DNA of 64,000 bases from Orbicella franksi (taxonomy: Eukaryota): positions 11,160,001 to 11,224,000 of the forward strand of contig OZ116698.1 of assembly GCA_964199315.1 (NCBI GenBank). Direction: 5' to 3'. Positions 49,359-61,500 of the stretch are shown here, in pieces. The notes below the pieces were generated by a model. It saw only the letters and a program-made list of their open reading frames with translations, searched no databases and was not told where the DNA came from. Positions within the stretch are counted from its first letter, which is position 1. Each line of letters begins with the position of its first letter. The position numbers were made by a program, and so were the translations under genes.

Positions 49359-52300
49359 GGAATGGGACGTCTGCGGATCTTTTATGTTTCAGAATAGATT
49401 ATGGTGCGACAGGCGCTAGGCGGATAGAACAAAGGCTGTCTTTATAGGAAGTCATTAGAGACCTTAGTTTGCTCAATTCCAGAATTGTGAAAAATTGTTT
49501 GCACTGGAGAAAAAACATAGTGATTGGAAAACGTCTTTGCTTTTTTTATGAGAACGTCGACAATACTCGTTTTTGCTCATTTTGATAATAAACAGGCGAA
49601 GTGACGTGCCCAGTCACGAGGCCGGGATTCCTTTTATCAACTCTCTGACTTACACCTGAGTTGAAAGAATCAGAATTTCCTCATACCTATAAAACCTATA
49701 ATCGATTTGTATCAGGTTTACACTACTGACTTGGTTTCCTTCTGTCTCGAACTTCCTGCAGCACTTCCCGATCAAATAACTCACACCCTTTATCATAGTA
49801 TTTATTGTGCAACTACAAAATTTAAATCTTGTTTGTTTGTTTTCTGTGTGTTTGTGTGCCGATATTTCCTTCAGCATCAGTAAAATTATCAATGAGTTTG
49901 ACTATTTTTCCTGGCAGTATTTTCAGCTGCCATGAAAACATTTCATTATGATCAGACTATCGTCTTTTCAAACAACATCTCAGTCACTTCCCGGTCACCT
50001 TTCGTTTTTCTTCAGCCGCAAAACTGAAATGCACACACCAAGCCAAAAAGTAAACCTATTAGGGCTTTCCATCTGAATTTAGATGCGAGGAGTAAGGGAA
50101 AAAGAATGACTTTAAGCGCTAAGAATAACATTAAGCGCTAGAGCAAGTTTGTTAAAAACACAGGAGCTTTTCATGTACTCTCGAATTTCTATGGAGACAC
50201 AGTAAAGAGCGCTACTCTTTGGTGTCTCTGAAGATGGCCTTTGTAAACCTCTGTGAACCTGATGAGCAAGTGGTGAAACTTAACTGTTTAAGAGAGCATC
50301 CATCTGAAAACCATGCAGTATTAAAATGCGAGTCTTCATCGACCCTCTCAGATTTTGTTCAGATTCTTTTTAGGGTTACATAATAATAATGCAGTGGGTA
50401 GAATATTGTCACAAAATTCTTTAACGTCTAAGAGATCTCGCGGTCAACGTTTTCATGAGCGTTTTTAGTAAAAAAAAATTGACCATATTTTGACCCATTT
50501 TTCGACCAAAATATTTATAAAAGCATTGAACCTTTCCAGCTCAAAACGCTGGTGTAATTAATATCATGTAATTAGATTGCAATGATACCATTGAGATTTC
50601 AAATGACTCAGTGGTTTGGTAGCACAAGCATTTTGTGCATTTCACACACAACGACGAAACTGTTAATAAATACAAGCAAAACAAAGTCTGCAAAGTTTAA
50701 AACGTTCATGACACTTTGACGGACAAAAACGTGCTTATGTCGGTGCAGAAAAACAAAGAATTACTATACGAGTGTCATAGCATAACGGATAGGTCGCTTG
50801 AGTGAGCACCAGATTCCAATCCATATTAACATTTAACTTTTACAATAGCTGTTAATGTTAATCAGTTATGTTGTTATAAAGTGCCTTCGATATAACAGCC
50901 TTCCGACGCGGAAGGCAGATAATCAAGCCACTCGGAAGCTCGCCACATACCTCGTCGATCGGCTGTTTACACTCACGGACAAATTGATCCAGAAAAAGGA
51001 CAAACCTCTGAGCCAATGTATATAGTTTCATATCTGATCGGCAGGTAGTTTCAATGGCCCAAAACAATTCGTAAGGCTTAAAGATGCAATTATCTCGTTA
51101 AACGAAGGGCTACTGCACTTTTCCATCCAGCGCCATTTTGTTTGAGACTAGTACCCAGTTTCGCGAGAGGTCGACACACAAGCTTGATCGAGCGTTAATC
51201 GATACTGCTGCTGTGTGATATAGCGTTGCGCCCAGGGAGTCAAACAAAACTTTTTAAGCACGAACTTTTATTTGCATGGGAATGAGGCAGTCTGTTACAT
51301 TTTTATACTAGACCCGATCGGGGAATTCAGCGCTTTCTAGTTCTTGGGATCGGTCGGTTTCTAGACTTGTTATCCCTGTGATGTTTAGTAATATATGAGC
51401 TTGGGGTGGGGGTGCTCGTAAATTTTGAAAAAGAGCCCCTAAGAGGTACCAAGATTCTGTTTTGTGGTCGAGGCTTGAAAATTCTTTCCACCACTAAGAT
51501 ATACCAATTCTAAAACAGCAAATCAACTGATACTTTCATAATTTTTAATAGCAATAAAGGCAATTGGCGGTTAACTTTAAAGCCTCGTTATCCATACTGA
51601 AAGTACACTCTTTTGTTGAAGAGTTGTAAACTCCCGGTGTAGATGCGACAAAATTAAAAATCGGTTGATCGTCAAGTATCTCCTGACATATTTTTTTCGG
51701 CTCAATACCCTAAAAGGTACCGCGAAAGTTCCCGCTGTGGACAGTTTTGAGGCTGAACACCCTGAGAGGTACCGAAAGCGCTTTTTGTATGGAGTACCCC
51801 CGGATACAAGCTCATCCTTTTACTAATTTCAAGGTTTTCCACAATTTCAGCTCTGCTTAGTCATGTCGCGAAAGCGTGAGCCTATCCGGATTTGAGGGGA
51901 AACATTTGACCGAAAAACTTTCTCGCGAGGTCAAATTAGATAAAACTATTTGAACAAGTTCAAAGCGAATGACAATTGATGGCATTATTCATAGTCTGAG
52001 ATAGTGGATGATAGTTTTGCGGTCAAACGGGAGCGTGAGTTTCAACTATCATCGACAACGCGTTATCGTGTGCCGTTTAACAAGGGAATCGTGAAATAGT
52101 AAGGGAATCTCCCGCCTTGTCAAAGAAACGAACTTCATATAGGCAAAGTTTCATCCCGCTTCAACACCTGCGGATGTGGTTTTATAACAGCCGTTCAAAT
52201 GATCAGAAACGTCTTTTGAGCAGGTCTTTAATGGTACAAGTGCTCTCTGGTGTTTGTACCGACCAGATACACCACACGGTTTCTTGGAATGCGCTCTAAA

Positions 52301-53368
52301 AGAGCATTGAAAAGAAGTCATAGCGATCGTAACGTGATCGGAATCGGGGTGAATTCAATTGTAATATGTCGCAATTGACGTACTCTGTCACGCAATCAAT
52401 CTTTCTGGTGCTACAACAACGCAAAAAATGTTCTGCTGGTTTCCATTGCATGGAAGAGAAATAAGTAATATAAGATTTCGTTGCGGGGAAAAAAATTATT
52501 TTCACTGTTTGAGCAAAACACGCGACTAGATAGTAAAAGAAGTCGGTGAAGTATAAAATGCTTGGATGTGATGCCGCCAGCTGGCCGAGTGGCTCAATAA
52601 CAATTATTATGGTGTTGAAAATACAACAAAATGAAACTTAGTTGCCAAACGAGCTACGTTATTCAACCTTCAAAGCAGTGATTTCTAAATGTTATAATGC
52701 GGCCTTCTACGAAAGCATCTCCCTTCGGTGCGAGTGCGCCCAGCAGGTTTGTAGGACAACTTATGGCGTTTACGGCTTTCCTTCCAATTAGCTATGCCAA
52801 CTAGCTAACAGCAGCTTCAGTAAATGCTACCAAAATAACTAAATTGCAGTTACAAAATGTTTTATAAAGAGGTTTCGCTTCTCGTTAAGTAACGTTTTAT
52901 TTACCTATTATTATTTCCACTCCATTCTGACGTTACTTCCTCGGCCTTGTCGAGCTTATTTGCGTATTGTCACAAACAAGCAAAGAGAGCTTTTCCCACG
53001 GAGTCCTTTACTATACAAATTTTTTGCTTTTTAAACTGAAAGATCATTTCTTTGGCAAGCTTCAGATAGCTTCGAATTCGATTGGAAAAACGCTGCATCT
53101 CTACAAACAACGACTTTTGAGACCCTACTGTTTAGATATAACTTGACTAGGGGGAGTTGAAATTTAGCTTCAAGCCTCGTGAGATAAGCCGCAGAAGTTT
53201 AGTCAACGTTAGGTTGTTGTATTGTTAGAGGTTAGAATTACTCTTTGTAGAAATATCATGTCATTTCCCGTTGTTTCTAACAAGTGATCAAACTTGATAT
53301 ATGTTTTTACCGTAAATTTGAACACTTCTCATTGTCTGATAGTTTGATTGACATATCTCGTGAACAAT

Positions 53369-56300
53369 AGACAGTTGAACCAAACTGTTGCACTTGGTTA
53401 ATGTACTAGTGATGTTCTACAAGTGTGCCAAGTTTCAGGGGTATCGGTGGTGTGCAGTGTAGACTTGCCTGCATGGTCCTCTCAGGTGGACTCTCTCTTA
53501 AAACGTTCATTCAAGGGCGATAGTGCGCAACAGGAAGTGATTCAATCGTTTCGTTTATCCACAGTGATGGCGGAAGGCTAGGAGATTAAAAGGAACAGTT
53601 TCAGAAACAATTTTAAGGCATCTCTTCGTTTCACTGTATTGATGTGAAATCTCACTGATGACAAAATGATTATACTGGGCGAAAATGAGCGATGTATTCA
53701 TACATATCTCCATATTATTTCATCATCTTTTTAGGTTATGGAACGACACAATTTTGATATTCAGCACGGACAACGGAGGTCTTCCATTTTATGGCGGATA
53801 CAATTGGCCACTTCGAGGAAAGAAAACGACATTATGGGAGGGAGGAGTTAGAGGAGTTGGATTTGTGCACAGCAATCTGCTGGCGAGGAAGGGAGTCACG
53901 TGTAAGGAACTGTTGCACGCGACGGACTGGTACCCAACCATTCTGGGACTGGCTGGTAAGAGCAAATTAAAGAAATAATCAATGAGTTGTATGCCGAATA
54001 AAAGCAACGGAGAAATAGAGGATATTACGTGGCAACGCGTGGATACGAATGTTATCTTCGAGTGCTGATGGTATCTCCCACAAGTGCGACCTAAAATGCA
54101 AAAAGTATCCTTTCTTGTTACCCTGGAGTCTGAAATAACAATTGAAAACCTGCGACGTCGCAGGTGTAGGGAGATTCAATGATTCAAGTGTCAAAAAGGC
54201 TTTATTACATATTTATATATCAGTGTGATAAAGCCGTGAATAAATTCCACGCCAACGGGGAAGTGATACGATATTATTTCCCGCGGGGAATTGATACGAT
54301 ATCACTTCCCGACTTCTATTGTCCAATCAAATACATATAGATTATTACATGTTAAGGGTCGGGTATCGTTTTGATTCACGAGTATTTAGTACCACATCGT
54401 GAACGAACGAGTCTTCTGACTAATATATTTTTCCTCTATAGGGGTGACAAGCATAGATAAAAGTCCTATTCCGCTAGATGGACATGATGTGTGGGACACG
54501 ATTTCGCTCGGGAAACCTTCTGCGCGCGCTGAAATATTACATAACATTGATCTATCTGGCGCTGTTTCACCAGCGTCTGATATCTTGGGTGGTTATACCG
54601 GGATCGCTCTCAGGATGGGCGAAATGAAGCTATTGATGAATGTGCCTAATGACACGTGGTATAAGCCGCCCGAGCTTGGTGGAAAACCGGGAAGAGAAGT
54701 TCCTTTGGATGCAGAGCTTGAGTTTCCGGATGTGGTAAGGCGTGTTCTCTCCACCTTTTTATTTATATAACGGAAGCCGATGGATCTCTGCCAATTTCAA
54801 TTTCCTATCAAGGTTGGTAGTCTGTTTCTTAATTTTAAAACAATGTTTGGTAACTCGTGAAGGACTTGCAATTTGTAACATTCAAATCGATCATAATTTG
54901 AGTGCTTCTTGCAAGTTCTTATGTCAGACTGACATAGCAAGGAGATATCGAGGTACCCTAATAAACGGTGTAGAAATCGCTATTTATTAGCAGCTTGGCT
55001 TGTCAACGTTAACTCTCGAACACATGAAATGTTTAGCTTCACAGTTCTGTTGAAAATGAAGCTAACAGCTTTTTCGATTGCATGTCATTAGCCGCGAATG
55101 CTGCTTAATTAATAATGTGTCACGCTATTGTGGAAGCAAGGGAGTCTCTGAGGAGGTGACAGCCGGAAATACGTCTGCGTTCGCAGGCTAAGTCGTCTTT
55201 TGTTGTAGGGCGATTTTGTGGAAGTTGCGCTTTACAACATAATCGCTGACCCAGAAGAACGCACAGATCTGAGTAAAACACTCCCGGATGTTGTTAAGAA
55301 GATGCAGACGAGAGTGAAGGATTACATGAAGTCTTCAGTGCCGCCGCTTTACCAAGGGCCTGATCCTGAGGCGTTGGAGACTGCTAAGAAAAATGGAATA
55401 TGGGGCCCTTGGAGAGACTGAAAACTGAAACCCAAAGCCAGTTTTGTAACCCTCCAGCGAGGTTTTCTGCTTACTTTATTGTTCTCTACTTTTGACTTTG
55501 ATTAACGTTAAATTTCATTAGCGTTTCTGGCTTGGGTACAACATTACTGGACTCCAACGCGGAGGTTCGCATCAGCTACAATCCCAGACAAAATAGCTGG
55601 GACACTCACACGGATCGGGCGACCAATCTTGCAAAATGTCTTTTCAACTAAGAAAAAAATAAGTACCTAATTATCAACATTGTCAGAGGGGAGAAGGCAA
55701 CAACTTGCTTGCTGTCCAAACATTTTGTCTGGGATTGTCTAAAAGAGAAATTTAAAGAATGCCACACCACTCGCTGTAACAAAGGCTTGGGCAAAAAGGG
55801 AGGGAGTTGTGTACTGTCTTGAGGGTGCAGCTGACGATCACTACAAAAAATAAACCACATGCAACTTAACAATACTCCGTGAAACACCACAGAGACCTGC
55901 CACTTCGCAAACTGACAATCCTTTAAACATGCCTTACTACAGGCAGTGACGAGTTATAGTCCACGGATATCACTACCAAGCCTTATTCTGATAATTTATA
56001 ATCTGATAATTTAACAATTTTTATAGCGCTGTTTACATATGCCGATCAATAGCGCTTTACAATTCATTAAAGACTAAATAAGAAAAAATATATAAACTTA
56101 TTCTAGATTAAAATACAAGTATTCCCTCCAATTTCCAGAAACAAAATGTACGTCACTGACGCGAAATCGAGTTCTGATACCGTGACGCTATGACAATCGG
56201 GTAATATCTTAGGCGCTGGAAAATTCTCCGAATATCTCTGTAAGAGAATCCCAGAGTAAGCTGGATGACGTATCCCCCATCTCCTCGAATCAATGTTGGA

Positions 56301-56860
56301 AAAGGTTGTGGTTTTTTTTGTCTGCGTTTTTTTTTTTTCTTTTTTCAGCTAAAAGGGAAAAAAATACTTGTAACTGAAAGTGGGAGAAGGGGACAACTTG
56401 CTTGGTTTCTGGGCTTGTTGATATTATTTTGAGAAATTTGACAAGCTCTAAAATCCCGGGTGGTGGACTCAAGCCTGCATATGAAAGAGAGACCGAGAAT
56501 GTTCGTCGTCTTGTTTAGGGCTGCAAATCACGAATGTTGGTTTTACTTGGGTGCACAGGACGAGACTCCAAATATTTTAGACTTCTTAGCTGTCAGGGTA
56601 TCTTTTAGGGTTACCGGCTAAAAACGTAAAAGACAATACAAACCTTCATGTAAGTGGAATAGGAAGGAAATCAGTTTCAATACTTTGAAAGACTATAATG
56701 TAACAGTCTCTTTTTAAAGTGGTATCGTTAACGGGTCAAATAAAGCTTTAGCTGCAACTAGATTGTTACAAAACTTACAAATGTACTCGTGGAAAGCGAG
56801 GTGGGGGAAGGAATAATAAGCTTGTCTGAAGTAAACACGTATAAAGGCTGTTATGGTTGA
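53369..56860 (+). repeat. Segmental duplicate of about 36324-40280 (sulfatase C intron 4 to 3' flank)
   Basis: Continuous colinear alignment starting at agacagttgaaccaaactgttgcacttgg, through exons 5-7, introns and downstream flank. Homology resumes after the L1 at about 62725 versus about 40673. Confidence 0.95.
53735..55421 (+). pseudogene. Arylsulfatase copy D: exons 5-7 only, 5'-truncated paralog of copy C
   Basis: Exons 53735-53955, 54442-54734, 55209-55421 have intact splice sites and an open frame. No exon 1-4 homology (no CTPTR or GKWH) found between 40961 and 53369. Confidence 0.8.
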
Positions 56861-57184
56861 ATCCTAAGCGGCTTTCTTCGGTTTTTTACTTCTGTTGTCT
56901 TCGATCTTCGGGGTCGTTGCTTAGCGTGTGTCGTCACGCTACCTTTACGTGACGAGCACTGAACGCCATGCATCCTGTATCGTGTTACATAATGCTTTAT
57001 GCTAGTCAAGAGTTACGTTAAACAGCGACAAAACATTTAGCTTCTTCCAGACGCTCAGTTGTTTAGGGCGTTGTGCGAAAAAACGGCAAAGCGAAATAAA
57101 GGAGGGGGGATTGGGCCGAGCATGGGTAGAGTATAGACGTGTTTTTGCTAGCTCCGCTCAAAATTCGTATATGGAGGCCTCTAC

Positions 57185-58129
57185 ATGGCAGGAAAAGGAG
57201 AAAAGTTCAGACGAAAAACTCATGTAGAGAGAACTGGGCCAACTTGGAGAAGTGTATCCAACTCGTCGGAAGAAGAATCCCTTTCACCGTTGGAGAAGAA
57301 AGCCAAAGTCAAGTTGCACATGTCTGACACGGTGCAATCGAGCGAAGAAGACGAAACCGCCGCTGCCGTGGAGTTGGCTAATTCTGTAATGCCGAAGCTA
57401 GACCTTGTTCTGCAGAAGTTAGACAACATGGAAAAGAAATTGGACATCCTTGAGGGTTTTGTGAAAGTGGTCGATGGAAAGGTTAACAAGTTACAGGATA
57501 AAGCTGAGCAGTTTGAAAGCTTCAGCAGGGACGCCACAACAAAACTGAAGGTGTTAGATGAAGGAATGTCGTTCGCAAATACAGAGATAGAAAATTTAAA
57601 GAAGAAAGTAAAGCTTCTGGAACAAACTATCCAAGAAAATACAGTAAACACCGAAAACAAATTCAAGGGAAAGATCGAGGCCTTAAGAAACGAGAAGTTG
57701 TATATGGAGGTGTATCAAAGACGGGAAAACCTTCGCTTCTACGGCATTGCTGAATCTTTCCACCTCTCAGAAGAAAATGTCAAAGAGGTGTTAATTGGCT
57801 TTATACAGAAGGAACTTAACATCAGCGAGGCGGATTCTTTTGAGTATCAACGAGTGCACCGCATTGGCAAGCGCGACCCATCGCAAGAAAAACCAAGACC
57901 AATAATCGCACGTTTTTTGCGATACTCCGACAGAGAGCGAGTCATGTCAAGTGCAAGAAAGCTGAAAGGAACTGGTTTCGGAATATCGCCAGACCTTCCG
58001 AAAGAAATTGTGGACCGCAGAAAGGAATTAATGCCTAAGTTCAAAAAAGCAAAAGAAGACGGAAAATCGGCGTTCTTCAAAAGATCAGAGCCGGACAAAC
58101 TTTTTATTGAGGGTATACGAATCTTCTAA
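57185..58129 (+). CDS. L1-type ORF1p (coiled coil, RRM, C-terminal domain), 314 aa
   Basis: Heptad-rich centre, then RRENLRFYGI, RVHRIG, PRPIIARF, ISPDLPKEIVDRRKEL motifs typical of L1/Tx1 ORF1. Confidence 0.93.
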   Translation: MAGKGEKFRRKTHVERTGPTWRSVSNSSEEESLSPLEKKAKVKLHMSDTVQSSEEDETAAAVELANSVMPKLDLVLQKLDNMEKKLDILEGFVKVVDGKVNKLQDKAEQFESFSRDATTKLKVLDEGMSFANTEIENLKKKVKLLEQTIQENTVNTENKFKGKIEALRNEKLYMEVYQRRENLRFYGIAESFHLSEENVKEVLIGFIQKELNISEADSFEYQRVHRIGKRDPSQEKPRPIIARFLRYSDRERVMSSARKLKGTGFGISPDLPKEIVDRRKELMPKFKKAKEDGKSAFFKRSEPDKLFIEGIRIF

Positions 58130-58582
58130 TTTCTTTGGAACATAAACTCTCTATCTAGGTATTCATAACATGTAAGCCTCATTCACACTTGTTCTTAAAA
58201 ATGGAGCTGCATGCGTGTCATCTAGTTAGCGCAATGCGTGCAAGACCTATTCCATTAGTAGCGCAATTAACAGCTTTTATCGCTGGCTGCTGTTTTACAT
58301 ACATGTTCAATTGTAGTTGTAGGTGTTATAAATGTTTTTCTTTTGTTTCTTTTTCCTTTTCAATATTAATTAGTTTTACCTTTTTCTTGTTCAAGAGACA
58401 TGCAAATTTTTTCATTAGCTCATCTACTAAAGATTACTATCTCATTCTCTGCAACTGCTCGCCTTTTCACTTAAATATGTCCTTAAAAATTTACAAAACT
58501 TAATTTAAATTTTGGTATCCTATCCTTAAATGTTCGGGGGATAAGATCTTTTGATAAACGAAAAGCACTTTTTCATTGGTGT

Positions 58583-61500
58583 ATGAAGGATAAAGCTGAT
58601 ATAATTTTTCTACAAGAGACCTACAGCACATCCGAGGTGGAAAACACCTGGAAATCCCAGTGGAGAGGAGACTTGTTTTTTTGTCATGGTTCTGAACACA
58701 GCAGAGGTGTCTTAACACTAGTCAAAGAAGGGCTTGACTGTAAACTTGAGGTATGTAAACAAGATAATCTAGGTCGGTATATCATTCTAAAAGGTCTTGT
58801 TCAAGGTCAATCTTTTTTATTTTTGAATATCTATGCGCCAAATAAGACCAACGAACAATGCATCTTTTACGACGAAATACAGAACGAATTCGACAAATTG
58901 GAAATTGACACTGATTGCAAAATAATAATAGGTGGTGACTTTAATGTTATCCGCGACCCAGATTTGGATGGATCGGGAGGATCTCCAAAATTGAAAGAAT
59001 CGTCCAAAAAGATAGAAAATCTATGTTTTTCTCTTGATCTAATAGACATCTGGAGAATCAGAAACCCTAAATTAAAACGTTTCTCCTGGAGACAGAAAAC
59101 TCCAATGATTCAACGGCGGTTAGATTATTGGTTGATATCAAATAATATACAGGAAGAAGTTGATAAGGTCGATATTATCCCTGCTATTAGATCTGACCAT
59201 TCCGCCATTACGTTGTACATTAATGGTATAGAGAACTCAACCTATGGACCGTCTTTTTGGAAATTCAATGCAAGTTTGTCAGAAGATAAAGAATATGTAG
59301 ACCTAATTAGAAACAAAATCGGTGAATGGGTAGACGAAAGTAGAGAAATCGAAGACCCGCGGGTTACCTGGGATTATTTAAAATATAAAATACGCTATGA
59401 AACGATTGGTTATAGTAAGAAGAAAGCAAAAGAGAGAAGGTCAGAGCTGGTAAATTTGGAAATTAGACTAAAAGAGTGTCAGCGAAAATGTGACGAACAC
59501 CCAAGTGCTGAAAATCTCTGCGATTTAGAAGTTCTCAAATCAGAATACGAACGCCATTATGATTATATAACACAAGGAGCAATCATAAGATCTCGGGTGA
59601 GTTGGTATGAAGAGGGCGAAAAGAATAGCAAGTATTTTTTAAATTTAGAAAGTGCTAAAAAGAAAAAGACATGTATACGGAAATTATCCGTGGATAATGA
59701 TTCATATATAACAGAGCCAAAAGAAATAATGAAAGAGATTCATGATTTCTATGAAAAACTCTATGATAGAGACTCGTATAATTTAGGTGAGAATTCAATT
59801 GATCGTTTCCTTAATGAAGTGGATACTAAAAAATTGTCTGATGAAGAGAAAATGACTTTAGATAAACAACTTACTAGATCCGAACTGTACGAAGCATTGA
59901 AGACATTTCCGAAAAACAAAACACCTGGAAGTGACGGTTTAACTGTGGAATTTTACTTGGCGTTCTGGCACGTGGTTGCAAAGTATCTCGAAAAGTCTCT
60001 AAACTTCTCTCACCAACACGGGCAACTATCAACTTCGCAAAAGCAGGCAATGATTACCCTATTGGAGAAAAAAGATAAAGATAGACGATTTATAAAGAAC
60101 TGGCGACCTATCCCACTGATCAACGTAGATGTTAAAATTGCATCCAAAGCGTTTGCTAGAAGGCTGGAGCCAATCCTGCCAGAACTTATTCACCATAATC
60201 AAAATGGTTTTATCAAAGGAAGGTCTACATTTGATGCAGTTAGAACAATCGATGATTTACTTGAATTGGCAAAACTCACAAATACAACAGGTATTCTAAT
60301 GGCAATTGACTTTGAAAAGGCATTTGATTCTCTGGACCATACATATCTATTTAAAGTATTGGAAAAATTCAATTTTGGACCGTATTTTTTACAATGGGTA
60401 AAAACATTTTATACAAACATATCCAGCTGTATCTTAAATAACGGCTTTACTACAGATCTTTTCTGTATCCATCGTGGTGTACGACAAGGTGACCCTCTAT
60501 CACCTTTATTATTCATCTTAGCTTTGGAAGTTCTCGCATGTCAAATCAGGCAGGATAAAACCATACAAGGAATAATGGTCAAAAACGTGGAGATCAAACT
60601 CACGCTTTTTGCAGATGACATGACTTGTTTTCTAAAAGACACAAATGCATATTCGCGACTTTGTACAACTTTAAAGGTTTTTTCATTGCATTCTGGTCTC
60701 CGAATTAACGACGATAAAACAGAAGTTTTTGGTATCGGCCCACATAAACTAGTACAAAATGACTTTACTCACAAAGTGCGAAAATCAATCAAGATATTAG
60801 GTACCGTTTTTGACTACCACAAACCATCACGAGACAAAGCAAACTTCGACTCAATATTCAAATCTATTAAAAAAACGCTGAGTATGTGGAAGTGGAGGGG
60901 TCTTACCCTGATTGGTAAGATTCAAATAGTTAAGACCTTCATTATTCCAAAATTTTTGAGTAAAGCGACTGCAATTTCAATATCAAACGATCTTGTCAAG
61001 GAGATAAACAGACTGATTTTCGGTTTCATTTGGAAAGGTAACGATAAAATTAAACGAACCGCGCTTATCAATGATATTGAAAATGGAGGACTAAAAATGC
61101 TTGATATTGAATCCATGATATCGGCTCAAAGAGTGATGATCTTAAAAAAGTATCTAGGAGAGAGCAACAGCACTTGGAAAACTATTTTAGATGATTTCTT
61201 TTTTGGAAATATAGGTGGAAAACTCATCCTGTTCTGTGATTTTGAAACTAGTAAACTACCGGTTCATCTTCCAATATTCTACAAAGAGTGTCTAGAGGCA
61301 TTTCGTAATTTAAAGAAATTCAAGGTAGCCACCTATGAGGATGTTGTAGACCAAATTATTTGGAATAATAGGAATATTGTGATACACGGAAAATCTCTTT
61401 TTGAAAAACATTTGTTTACTAAAGGAATTGTTAAAATTGGTGACTTGTTATCCGATACGGGTAAATTTCTTGAAAGCCCTAGAGTGTTGGAAGCGAATCT

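Noticed and set aside
50221-50292. CTGAAGA and CTGATGA...GAAAC motifs suggesting a second hammerhead ribozyme
   Set aside because: Stem II lacks the closing G-C pair, there is no proper NUH triplet before the putative stem I, and the inverted sister copy at about 49000 has AAAA instead of GAAA.
52890-53100. Short minus-strand frame MQRFSNRIRSYLKLAKEMIF...KLDKAEEV resembling a helical-repeat protein
   Set aside because: Interrupted by a stop, with no convincing continuation or family motif.
57220-58098. Antisense ORFs of 148 and 83 aa
   Set aside because: Shadows of L1 ORF1 on the opposite strand; no independent motifs.
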